From Tannockella kyphosi (lineage in GTDB: Bacteria; Bacillota_I; Bacilli_A; Erysipelotrichales; Coprobacillaceae): 32,000 nt of DNA. The stretch is from assembly GCF_021054785.1 (NCBI RefSeq), contig NZ_CP088239.1, positions 1,650,001 to 1,682,000 of the forward strand, given 5' to 3'. Under the pieces are notes generated by a model. It did no database searches, was not told the origin of the DNA, and saw only the letters and a program-made list of their open reading frames with translations. Position numbers and translations under genes: made by a program. This document shows, piece by piece, positions 11,801 through 30,534 of the stretch (position 1 is its first letter; the number at the start of each line of letters is the position of its first letter).

Positions 11801-13582
11801 TACTTTTCCAGTATTTGAAGCTGAAACTTCTACTTCACTACCTGAAGATGTAAAATCATCTAATGTGTATTCTAGCTCTACCACTTCCCCAGCATACATA
11901 ATAACTACAGTATATACATCTGAAGTCATTGCTTCATAATCATCATTTAAACTTAATTCTAAAACCACTTCTTCTGTACTTCTTGAACTAACTGAAATAT
12001 CTACGGATGGAGCCTCTTTACATGTTGTATATTCTCCATCATTTTCAGGAACAAGCGTAAATTCATTTCCATAGCGGTCATATGCAACAACATAATATGA
12101 GTAAGTACTATTCGGTTCTAAATCCGAAGAAGTAACATAATCAAGCACAGATCCACTTCTTAAATTCGAAATTGTACTATTCGAGACTTTCGAAGTAATG
12201 ATTTCTCCTGTCTCTTGATCTTCAAAGATGAAGTTCATTGTATATACATATGGTAGTACATCTTTATAGAAATTTTCTAAAGAATCATCATCTGGATCAT
12301 AATCTGTTGTATTCTCCATCGTAAAATCAACAACTCCCATAGATCTACTATAAAGAATAGAATCTTCTTCAAAAGTTAAATACACATCTGATATATTTCC
12401 TTCAAAAGGTAATGTTGTAATAGCTGTTAAATCTAGACATTGTTCTGTTACCTTAATGTTATATTCATTATAATATGTAAAATAAGCTTCTATATAGAAT
12501 GTTGTATCCGGATTTAAACTCGATAAAGAAAAAATTCCCGATTTCTTTGTTTGATCTCTTAACACTAAAGTTCCAGACTCATTATAAACATAGAATGTAA
12601 CACTTCCATCTATTCTGCTAGCTGGGTCATCAATTTCAATATCACCATTTACCGTATAAACCCATGTAGAAAGATTTTCAATAGTAACTTCTGGTTTAAC
12701 GTATGGAATTTCTTGTGGTTCTACCGTTTCTGTTGTGACTTCTTCTTCTTCTTCTGATTCTTCTTTTATCACAACTTCTATTTCTGGTGGATCTTCAGGG
12801 GCATCAACTTCTTCTGCTTCTTTTAGCGCTGTATCCAAAGGTTCTTCAGCTATATCTTTTAATTCTTCTATTTTCTCTAAAATTTCTTCTTCTTCAATTT
12901 CTTGTTTTACCAACTCTACAACTTGATATAAATCATCATAAAAATCAGAATATTGGTAAGTAACATCATCATAAGTAATGGTAGCATTTTGTAATCCACG
13001 AATTGCTAAAAACTCATAACTACCATCTTCATAATTATAAACATTAATAAATTCATCATCAAAATATACTATTGCATTTTTAGAAATAGTAAATTCTTCT
13101 AATTGTGTTTCAATCACAAAATCAGTTGTAGCTACAAATAAACCATTTCTTAATTGTGCTAAAATATATGTATTGTCATCAACAACTCCACCATCCATAT
13201 TAAAACAAGTTTGGCTAGCAATTGTTGTCCCATCTACTGTTGCAGCAAATTCAAATTCATCAGAAATTAAATATGCTCCTCCGTTGATAAACTTGATTGC
13301 ATTTCCATCTCTAATAATTGCAGGATAACTTAAATCAATTTGTGTTCCTTCTTCAGTATAGTAACTACTAGATTTTTCATAGATATAATCAAACTCATCA
13401 ATTTCTACCAAATCAAAATCATCAGCATCATTATAAGTAATATCTATCATATATTCATCTATCTTACTTTCAGGCATAACAAAACCATCCTCTTCTACAT
13501 AAGAAGAGATCGTAGTTGTGTTATTTAAAACAAATATCAGCATTATTACTATAAATGCTGCAAATCCCAGTATTTTTTTCAT
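2849..13582 (-). CDS. Giant (3577 aa) acidic cell-surface protein. Order of parts: N-terminal signal/anchor, about 200-aa membrane-proximal module, Glu-rich linker, Fn3/Ig-like repeats, two discoidin-like modules, long GLUG-motif beta-helix region, C-terminal Ig-like and beta-rich region, Ser/Asp-rich spacer, C-terminal TM anchor
   Basis: Single uninterrupted 10.7-kb ORF with a GGGGGA RBS. N-terminus MKKILGFAAFIVIMLIFVL. Fn3-type L-x-P-x-T/S-x-Y strings (LNPDTTFYIEAYF, LEPNSTYSYYVVAYD). More than 15 GLUG-type motifs (YRIGGIVGY, YVGGVVGS, YAGGLAGE, SIENCYAVG). C-terminus IVIFAVLSVSVGGLLVYLKKSNKEKDIL, with no LPXTG seen. Confidence 0.85.
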   Translation of the reverse strand: MKKILGFAAFIVIMLIFVLNNTTTISSYVEEDGFVMPESKIDEYMIDITYNDADDFDLVEIDEFDYIYEKSSSYYTEEGTQIDLSYPAIIRDGNAIKFINGGAYLISDEFEFAATVDGTTIASQTCFNMDGGVVDDNTYILAQLRNGLFVATTDFVIETQLEEFTISKNAIVYFDDEFINVYNYEDGSYEFLAIRGLQNATITYDDVTYQYSDFYDDLYQVVELVKQEIEEEEILEKIEELKDIAEEPLDTALKEAEEVDAPEDPPEIEVVIKEESEEEEEVTTETVEPQEIPYVKPEVTIENLSTWVYTVNGDIEIDDPASRIDGSVTFYVYNESGTLVLRDQTKKSGIFSLSSLNPDTTFYIEAYFTYYNEYNIKVTEQCLDLTAITTLPFEGNISDVYLTFEEDSILYSRSMGVVDFTMENTTDYDPDDDSLENFYKDVLPYVYTMNFIFEDQETGEIITSKVSNSTISNLRSGSVLDYVTSSDLEPNSTYSYYVVAYDRYGNEFTLVPENDGEYTTCKEAPSVDISVSSRSTEEVVLELSLNDDYEAMTSDVYTVVIMYAGEVVELEYTLDDFTSSGSEVEVSASNTGKVYLTITNLPYSSTVSAYAYGSYNLEDNQGDQEDMLIGELSFYTASIPVGSITYNNEFINIGGTTATVTMSLSQNSSSSLITLLTDFTMYFETDGQSLSYTYTDDMFNSVNIEQNYDEELGALVIVEGDESESTPRVLLYASKEALETNGVWQTFLNSGLYGSNDVNAGTISVELLQGTLLAASVYEYEMTSMADLGSNAFSVTTSVTDDEFETLKQEPTIYYEDYFIAGSILEIYNLEVTDIHDVITDGVYSAQLYEDGALVNTITLNVSTVEDIRFDCLSEGHVYTLAFVAEEYNLTFDDDLLQSQVVIKEFSFSYEEGLIAAIELYNVSYNYDTINTSGDYGYVASSVDIQENAGYNVSTNEVEEEGWDEYFTTDYLEYNCNSSYYSTFVNFGDYAEVIYIAFYSYDDSTGVYTLVGELSSTVQRTGMVSISNYISSSQFNYKTATHIRVTGFMDNLEEAYYYQYTEENVDTILDISVDSSDFVLDVQVGAASADYTSATYSSTGYLEVTASEFLEIKSSVTYRLYFYDENYNYLATENTFYSGSHGTAQVPSGAAYVRVMLDTTSLGGTSVFRMGRLSQTDTLYGEDSISTQATLHWTLEDTRDDAFFLLNEYNSDTTYTITKYEAEIVTGQTYETSDISYEHIETLEYDGTGNIDVDIFSTETVNSNKAYKYEISIEYHGRTVVLDSVTFETDNTIKFIDSINDFEEIEMDRYATYYVVNDIREDEGTTTNYIYFGGILDFQGYSITLTRSGTTNEALFQDLYIGGEIRNVEIIIEDGDVCRTFLNTNYGTLSNIKYTINKSIDSPVLSNLIDNNTQNGVIDNFIIEFNGDTFFYNEEDGENSAVFVRYNNGTISNGYIYNTDEDASVYLHDNAGVLTYYTTTNSVVENVYAICDISSNYDQASDETWYSGVISVDGEGRFTNIFAVSTRYEFYYDPSGVIIDMGFTNEEDPLFSSLSGSIHFDDSFENVYLLSEYQTYEVMYSEYIEVENLYDSEWYDIAFNEDNNFIVDEMVSQGFYPILDLDSSMYDKQVYIELPELDTVIRPEYLYSTITLETLEYTTMEFVFYNPSNTYISSVSVDGLNASVTTQALRDDFYIVTVKLSMDTTDPNYIDEYTLENFVYSSGSLSVEVSVNQALDVSFYYSIDEISDFVEMENHTTWNFRLTSDIDFADFDGNWTNEVYVSNTFYGTFDGGIYNAYGELTSNNYTIKNIDLTSSQFSGSALLFYKLQYATISNINFENLSWDKESGNDTGIIFYSYYSTLDNIHFDTVDFVSNYDGCTLARQVWGCTITNCSASNVTLTNGSLDSPYTAGGLIANTNYSIISNCYVQDFYISTHDLDLTQTMAIGGIVGNASGGSIENCYAVGRIENPSYNGGIIGLGAPIITNCWTDVLIVASGDFNGGISGSSSAAYVTDCLALGSIVIMQEEPTYTHRIAAIDNWYYADNNYGYEGQTINSNDPGADYTDGILTYEELQVESTYVNTIVMGSEFDYSEVSDALLPKLYDTNGELLDNQVDNYVNNGSINMQITDAEYNNQYYVSTIRIEHEGYYIDEEIYPVIIDGMAEANVTYTTNSSGTATVVYIESTKESAFDLYLITATLISNTDSSDLVELVSVVDYGITVYWTIGSTDEWYNIMSDHGYTNENIQITSSIDFAEYYEEGYDVLDGLSLNRLDGLLSYDGSSLAELKNIQLDDTTDDNLVSTIYASFSNITISSSTINSTSTSAQSNIGFIGVVQGTSDNLVFTENSIYVENANSTNAGMISSAYGLISNVTVDTVTIKMHTYSDIYRSVYTGAVVGYTTSGIQNVTASNVTVEVENGYRIGGIVGYINKVDTSLVDLSSISVDNVTVTGAAYVGGVVGSSNNISNLSISATNVKVNGMYHTDGLSEDLEALGYRIGGVAGYTSTTISNDDLTGYSIDGISVTGQYQVGGVVGHGTVRDADVRDITVSGVRMVGGIGGYVSGETYYLNVYDVDVTASESYAGGIGGRTYQMFYTYVFDSDVQAAQYAGGLSGFIGNYTYSNDSISQAYGAVYYSAVLDTNITATSGSHAGGLASYIYSYGSSIYRSFVSDSIIYAEQGYAGGLAGEITTETVQYSYVTGGSVTSNSGDYTGGLIGLVDHFYLNDNENYNGQFYRSYSDTTVSGNDYVGGIFGYYRTDYTSPTTTYRYLFSLVNYSDVSGNDNVYGVGYVEDDVTENGYSSLDCIYPTHYGTIVSYDEVLINGSTITESQVSNVTEEEFSLVSFEEVSSYSFVNSGVSTGLNYSTSYFLSYLPNTGSLGSFDIILTKDTDSNYVLEFNNINLTGDYTFVITNGSTTITETLNVANNSASYTWGTSVSNDFTVTIKDSTGTTLTSEFFNSDSNTSYSYVDILVDGVASNYKSSTSNEEITLTVNDDDDDGTGTYTWYRLYDGQGYSESTKVDVTSFAAGNSLTTDIPGIYFAINTAENPDVRTEMFVYETYLYTPMISSSTTSLYPYQSGYTYSQTTGISNTYSGNLVFNGTALAMISRDSTDNYTPISINIAATNSLFSMLMLNVVDLPDYTVYASGIDSINIEFDDSVAYEDDTNNYQIKVSSGGDTVTYDVTGRVMTLSYDFGDDITITLMNGNEEATTNYEVEDLQSLISTYGNNFYYLSVEGVTDSSGETIVGDLVHIFDDYALDSEGNVYDLSTQTIIETIDNNLILKDSVALYESEYEGNKLYTYSTFTYNQTEALVIDEVIFVKNGNVYGFDGDANKTSVNLIADNYNDEVYKVYVNGNGSLIDLNDTLHIPEGIDLTGIVEITDSFDQSANVHVMLIRYETGEVIAFDYSTGEEIELSESTSISLIGYAWNLITGVFSSDDSDDVDYGASYEDSQNMEDAIEDASQSDIDAIQSDSTSGTSGSSSGGTVSIYNEEVLSFETYFIAELISTASEEVTSVQEKIEVASEAGYQGTLNNLVVTTSYVSEAKDNTVNIVIFAVLSVSVGGLLVYLKKSNKEKDIL
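5330..8230 (-). repeat. GLUG-motif / parallel beta-helix-like repeat region inside the 3577-aa gene (approximate bounds)
   Basis: I checked the DNA-to-protein correspondence at both ends: TFYGTFDGGIY at about 8201-8233 and GNDYVGGIFG at about 5331-5360. In between are recurring x-GG-[ILV]-x-G and N-C-[YW] strings about every 20-30 aa. Confidence 0.6.
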
Positions 13583-13601
13583 TTAAGTTATCCCCCACAC
13601 C

Positions 13602-19639
<6,038 letters not shown>

Positions 19640-19647
19640 TTAAAACT

Positions 19648-27054
<7,407 letters not shown>

Positions 27055-27057
27055 CTA

Positions 27058-27065
27058 ATATGAAT
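27058..27065. repeat. Left copy of the target-site duplication ATATGAAT
   Basis: Identical 8-mer directly abutting both IS ends. Confidence 0.75.
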
Positions 27066-27160
27066 GGTAGTGTCAAAAATCAGTAAAACTGATACAAACG
27101 CATCTACCCTGTTTGTTCTATATAAACAGTAAAAAAAGTCACTGTATACACCTACACTGA

Positions 27161-27195
27161 CTCATCATTTTTATCTTTATACTAAAAATGATGAG
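27161..27195 (+). other. Perfect 12-bp stem / 11-nt loop hairpin in the IS leader upstream of the transposase start
   Basis: CTCATCATTTTT (27161-27172), loop atctttatact, AAAAATGATGAG (27184-27195). Confidence 0.5.
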
Positions 27196-27245
27196 ATTTC
27201 CATGTTATACTTAAGTTGCACCAAAAGCAGAAAGGAAATCTCACC

Positions 27246-28790
27246 ATGGACAGTATAACATCTATTCTAAATAATTTAAATAGCTTTTCTAAATCTAATT
27301 TCAAATTCTCTCAATATATTGAATCTTTGCTTCTTCTAAAGCATATTCCTTCATCTTTGAGTGACTTATTAAATACCGATGATTTTATCTATCACTTACA
27401 AGAAGCTTCTTCTCATATTCAATGGTTAACTTCTTACTTTGATGATCACATCATCCAATCTTTAAAAAAGGAAGTATCTCGCTTAAAGAAGACAAAAGAT
27501 ACTACGATTCCTTATGCCGACTTCACTATTGATTCACCACCACTATTCCAAAGAGAAATAGTACAACAATTATCCTTTGGAGATATCTTAAAAGAACAAG
27601 CTATTACACCTGTAAAAAGAAGAAATCCTGAAGGTTTTACTTTCCAAGGAGTATGTCCTTTTTGTGGTGCTCCTACATCTTATATTTATAACAACAACAA
27701 ACAAGGACAACTCCTTTGTAAGTGTTGTAAGAATACTTTTTCTACCAAGGTTAGTTTGCCTGAACAAACAGGTATTTACTGTCCTCATTGTAAATGTAAA
27801 TTAGATAAGCAACATGATCGAAACAATTATATTGTTTATTGTTGTGTTAATAGAAAGTGTTCTTACTATTTAAACAATAATGAACTTCACTCCAAGGGAA
27901 TGGGTGAACACCTTAAGACATCTTCTGGTGAATATCGTTACCGTTATCACTATCGTGAATTTAAGTTCAATCTAGAAAACTTAAAACAAACAGTAAAAAC
28001 GATAGATGCTCCTGTTGATTTATCCCGTATACACTATGATTCTAATGTTTTAGGGCTTGTTTTAACGTATCATGTAAACTTTGGTCTTTCTTCTAGAAAG
28101 ACTGCTCTTATCTTTAAACAAGTACATGGTATTTCAATATCTCATCAAACTATCATGAACTATGCAACAAGTGTGTCCGCAATTATCAAACCTATGGTTG
28201 ATAAGTATCCTTATCAACTAGGATCTATTCTTTCTGGTGATGAAACCTACATTAAGGTACGTGGTAAAAACCACTATGTTTTCTTTTGGTCTGATCCTAT
28301 AAAGAAAATCATTACTTCAAATACTATTTATCCTGTTCGTGATACGAAGTGTGCTTGTCAATCTATCTATGACTGTCTAGCTCATTACAAGGAAATACCA
28401 AAAGATTTATTACTTATTGCAGATGGAAATCCCATCTACAATGCAGCACAGTTATTCTTTGGAATTCATGGTATCTCTTTTGATTTACAACAAGTCATTG
28501 GTGTAAAAAACAAAGATGAAACTTCTAAGAAATATCGTCCTTATAAACAGATAGAAGAACGCTTAAATAGAACCTATAAACAAAACTATCATGGTACCAA
28601 TGGTTATGATAAATTAGAATGTGCTAATTCATACATGACACTCTTTGTAGCCTTTCATAACTTTTTACGTCCACATTCTTCTCTTGGATATAAAACACCT
28701 GTACAAGATGATTTATTTCAAGATGCAAAGCTTATGCAAGATAAGTGGATAAAGCTCATCGAGTTAAGTACACAATATCATCAAGCATAG
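27246..28790 (+). CDS. IS6-family DDE transposase with a long N-terminal Cys-rich (zinc-finger-like) extension
   Basis: GDETYIKVRGKNHYVFFWSD matches IS26 MDETYVKVNGRWAYLYRAVD. LLIADGNPIYN matches INTDKAPAYG. KQIEERLNRTYKQN supplies the E. HTH-like SSRKTALIFKQVHGISISHQTIMNY. CxxC pairs: CPFCGAP...CKCC and CPHCKCK...CCVNRKC. I preferred the ATG at 27246 (AGGAAA RBS) to the TTG at 27216 in the ORF track. Confidence 0.85.
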   Translation: MDSITSILNNLNSFSKSNFKFSQYIESLLLLKHIPSSLSDLLNTDDFIYHLQEASSHIQWLTSYFDDHIIQSLKKEVSRLKKTKDTTIPYADFTIDSPPLFQREIVQQLSFGDILKEQAITPVKRRNPEGFTFQGVCPFCGAPTSYIYNNNKQGQLLCKCCKNTFSTKVSLPEQTGIYCPHCKCKLDKQHDRNNYIVYCCVNRKCSYYLNNNELHSKGMGEHLKTSSGEYRYRYHYREFKFNLENLKQTVKTIDAPVDLSRIHYDSNVLGLVLTYHVNFGLSSRKTALIFKQVHGISISHQTIMNYATSVSAIIKPMVDKYPYQLGSILSGDETYIKVRGKNHYVFFWSDPIKKIITSNTIYPVRDTKCACQSIYDCLAHYKEIPKDLLLIADGNPIYNAAQLFFGIHGISFDLQQVIGVKNKDETSKKYRPYKQIEERLNRTYKQNYHGTNGYDKLECANSYMTLFVAFHNFLRPHSSLGYKTPVQDDLFQDAKLMQDKWIKLIELSTQYHQA

Positions 28791-28827
28791 TTAGAACTAC
28801 TTCATCAAAAAACGATACCCTCATTGC

Positions 28828-28847
28828 GCCCTTTTCAGGGCTTTTTT
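28828..28847 (+). terminator. Weak intrinsic terminator after the transposase gene
   Basis: GCCCT-tttc-AGGGC followed by TTTTTT. The stem is only 5 bp. Confidence 0.35.
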
Positions 28848-28981
28848 CATCACTAAACCAAGTTGACTATTTTGAAAAATCATAAATTTAACACTCTTTG
28901 CATGATTCTCCATCATTCAAAGAAAAATGATTCATTAAACTCAACTCTATATAGTGTTTTTCATAGATTCTTTACACTACC

Positions 28982-28989
28982 ATATGAAT
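28982..28989. repeat. Right copy of the target-site duplication ATATGAAT
   Basis: Identical 8-mer directly abutting both IS ends. Confidence 0.75.
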
Positions 28990-29132
28990 TTTATTTGTTT
29001 GTATGTGAATTTAGAATAAATACAAAAATTCCTACTAATTTAATTGGTTATACCAACCAATTTGTTGAAATTATGCTTTTTTGTACATATTAAAAACAAC
29101 TATAATACAATCCTTCAACTTTATACCATTTC

Positions 29133-29157
29133 ATTTCCTACTTACCAAGTAGGAAAT
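29133..29157. promoter_or_regulatory. Perfect 11-bp palindrome (ATTTCCTACTT acc AAGTAGGAAAT) in the presumed native leader of the giant operon
   Basis: Read directly from the sequence. It lies about 30-50 nt downstream of the predicted transcription start. Neither side has a T-run, so it is more operator-like or leader-structure-like than terminator-like. Confidence 0.3.
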
Positions 29158-29193
29158 AGTGTTGATTATTTGCGGATATATTATATCTAGGTA

Positions 29194-29223
29194 ATTATAC
29201 CACGTTGTTTAAAGCAATACCAA
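29194..29223 (-). promoter_or_regulatory. Candidate sigma-A promoter with an extended -10 (TTGGTA - 18 nt - TGgTATAAT) pointing toward the giant operon
   Basis: The minus strand reads cTTGGTAttgctttaaacaacgTGGTATAATtacc. It lies downstream of the terminator of the preceding gene. It is the only good promoter I found between that terminator and the operon. Confidence 0.4.
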
Positions 29224-29350
29224 GTCTTTTCTTGTCTAAACCATACCTTTTCAAACATATTTTTTTAGCTTTCATGCCACATTTCGGATATACCTAAATA
29301 TTAGCGCTTATTCCGTTTTTACAAACATATAAATCACACTTTGTCACATA

Positions 29351-29380
29351 AAAAAAACAATCCTTGATTAAGATTGTTTT
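29351..29380 (-). terminator. Intrinsic terminator of the transporter-aroD-hypothetical operon
   Basis: The minus strand reads AAAACAATC-ttaatcaag-GATTGTTTT followed by more T. The stem is 9 bp and AT-rich, and it overlaps the stop codon of the hypothetical gene. Confidence 0.5.
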
Positions 29381-29748
29381 AATAATATTTCTAATGTTCC
29401 ATTGTAATATTGTAATGATTTTATAAAATGATTAGGAATTAATAATTGTTCTTCTTTTATTATAAAATAATTATTTTGATACTCTTTTAATAGAGTTAAT
29501 AGATCAAACTGCAAAAAACCATACTTCACTATTCCTTTTGGTTTTATTATAATGTATTGATTATTAATTTGAATATCACTTATTACATTCATTGTAGTAT
29601 GCGTATTTTTATACAACAGTTGAACATATAGTTTCATCGAATCTCCTATAATGAAGTTTACATTTTCTAAATGTATATCTTCATTATAAAAATATCTTTG
29701 ATAAACTTCATAAAATATAGTTACTATTTCTTTATCATTAATTATCAT
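29368..29748 (-). CDS. Hypothetical protein (126 aa from my preferred start)
   Basis: The ORF track gives 29368..29796. I preferred the ATG at 29748 (MIINDKEIV...), which has GGGAGG 6 nt upstream. I recognised no family. Confidence 0.5.
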   Translation of the reverse strand: MIINDKEIVTIFYEVYQRYFYNEDIHLENVNFIIGDSMKLYVQLLYKNTHTTMNVISDIQINNQYIIIKPKGIVKYGFLQFDLLTLLKEYQNNYFIIKEEQLLIPNHFIKSLQYYNGTLEILLKQS

Positions 29749-29799
29749 TAAAAACCTCCCAATTGCATTATATGCAATTGTAATAAAAAAAGACAAATC

Positions 29800-30525
29800 T
29801 TAGTTTGTCTTCATTGCTTGATGGATTATTTCTAATGCTTTATTAACATTGTCTATGTTGATTTGTCCTGGTGCAGAAGACTCTTCATGCATTGCAAATG
29901 TTAGGTAGTTTTCTGTGAATTCTCCAACCAATCTACTGATTGCACCTATTGGACCCATTGACATCGAAATAATTGGTTTCTTGTATTGTTTTGCACTCAA
30001 GGTAGCTTGCATTAAATAAAGAACATCTTCTTTATTTAATGGCATAAAAGCTACCTTTACAATATTTGCTTTTGTTGTTGCCATATCTTTTAATAAAGTT
30101 TCTATTTCTAGTAAGGGTGGTGTTGATTTGAAATTATGATTTGATAAAATAACTTGCTTGTTATTTGATTGAATGATATCAATTAGATCATCCCGTATAC
30201 CACAATTAAATTCAACATCAACATAAGTAATAGATGGATGTTTACTGATGACAGCTATCATTTCTTTTAAATAAGTATCTTCTAGTAAGATATTTCCACC
30301 TTCTATTTTAGATCGATAAGTAAATAGAATTTCTTTATGATTTATAGAATCAATCGTATCTAATAAATCTTGCATCTTTTTTAAATCATCTATATCTTCA
30401 TAATAATCAATACGTATTTCAATAATTTGAAAATCCAATACTTGTAATTCTTTGATATCATGAACTAACTTAGTACTAGTAGTAGCTACTACTGGTACAC
30501 ATATGTTTGGTTTTCTCCCTTTCAT
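29800..30525 (-). CDS. aroD: Type I 3-dehydroquinate dehydratase
   Basis: 241 aa. ICVPVVATT...IIEIRIDYY, the later VILSNHNF and ISMSMGPIGAISRL match the type I DHQase pattern (Schiff-base Lys region IVKVAFMP). AGGAGG RBS. Confidence 0.85.
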   Translation of the reverse strand: MKGRKPNICVPVVATTSTKLVHDIKELQVLDFQIIEIRIDYYEDIDDLKKMQDLLDTIDSINHKEILFTYRSKIEGGNILLEDTYLKEMIAVISKHPSITYVDVEFNCGIRDDLIDIIQSNNKQVILSNHNFKSTPPLLEIETLLKDMATTKANIVKVAFMPLNKEDVLYLMQATLSAKQYKKPIISMSMGPIGAISRLVGEFTENYLTFAMHEESSAPGQINIDNVNKALEIIHQAMKTN

Positions 30526-30534
30526 ATTTACCTC

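Larger units (their letters stand above)
27066..28981 (+). mobile_element. IS6-family insertion sequence (1916 bp) with an 8-bp target-site duplication
   Basis: The termini GGTAGTGTCAAAAATC (27066-27081) and GATTCTTTACACTACC (28966-28981) are inverted repeats with 14/16 identity. The flanking direct repeats ATATGAAT lie at 27058-27065 and 28982-28989. The element holds a single DDE transposase with IS6/IS26-like motifs. An 8-bp duplication and GG-starting inverted repeats are characteristic of the IS6 family. Confidence 0.8.

Noticed and set aside
13571-13582. A7 tract immediately after the ATG of the 3577-aa gene (an A8 tract also occurs in the epsilon-like gene at about 15111-15131), considered as phase-variation switches
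   Set aside because: Homopolymers of 7-8 nt are common background in DNA this AT-rich. Nothing in one sequence shows length heterogeneity.
27066-27081. Hybrid promoter using the outward-facing TTGACA in the left IS end to drive the operon
   Set aside because: Only 23 nt separate the IS end from the ATG. The sequence 17-18 nt downstream of the TTGACA (gggaga) is the Shine-Dalgarno region, not a -10 hexamer. The TATTAG in between sits at a spacing of only about 10 nt.
27588-27788. 66-aa ORF antisense to the transposase
   Set aside because: It lies entirely within the transposase CDS and has no independent support.
28863-29093. 76-aa + strand ORF downstream of the transposase
   Set aside because: It crosses the IS right boundary (28981) and the target duplication, so it would be a chimeric reading of IS and host DNA. 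It starts with TTG and has no RBS.
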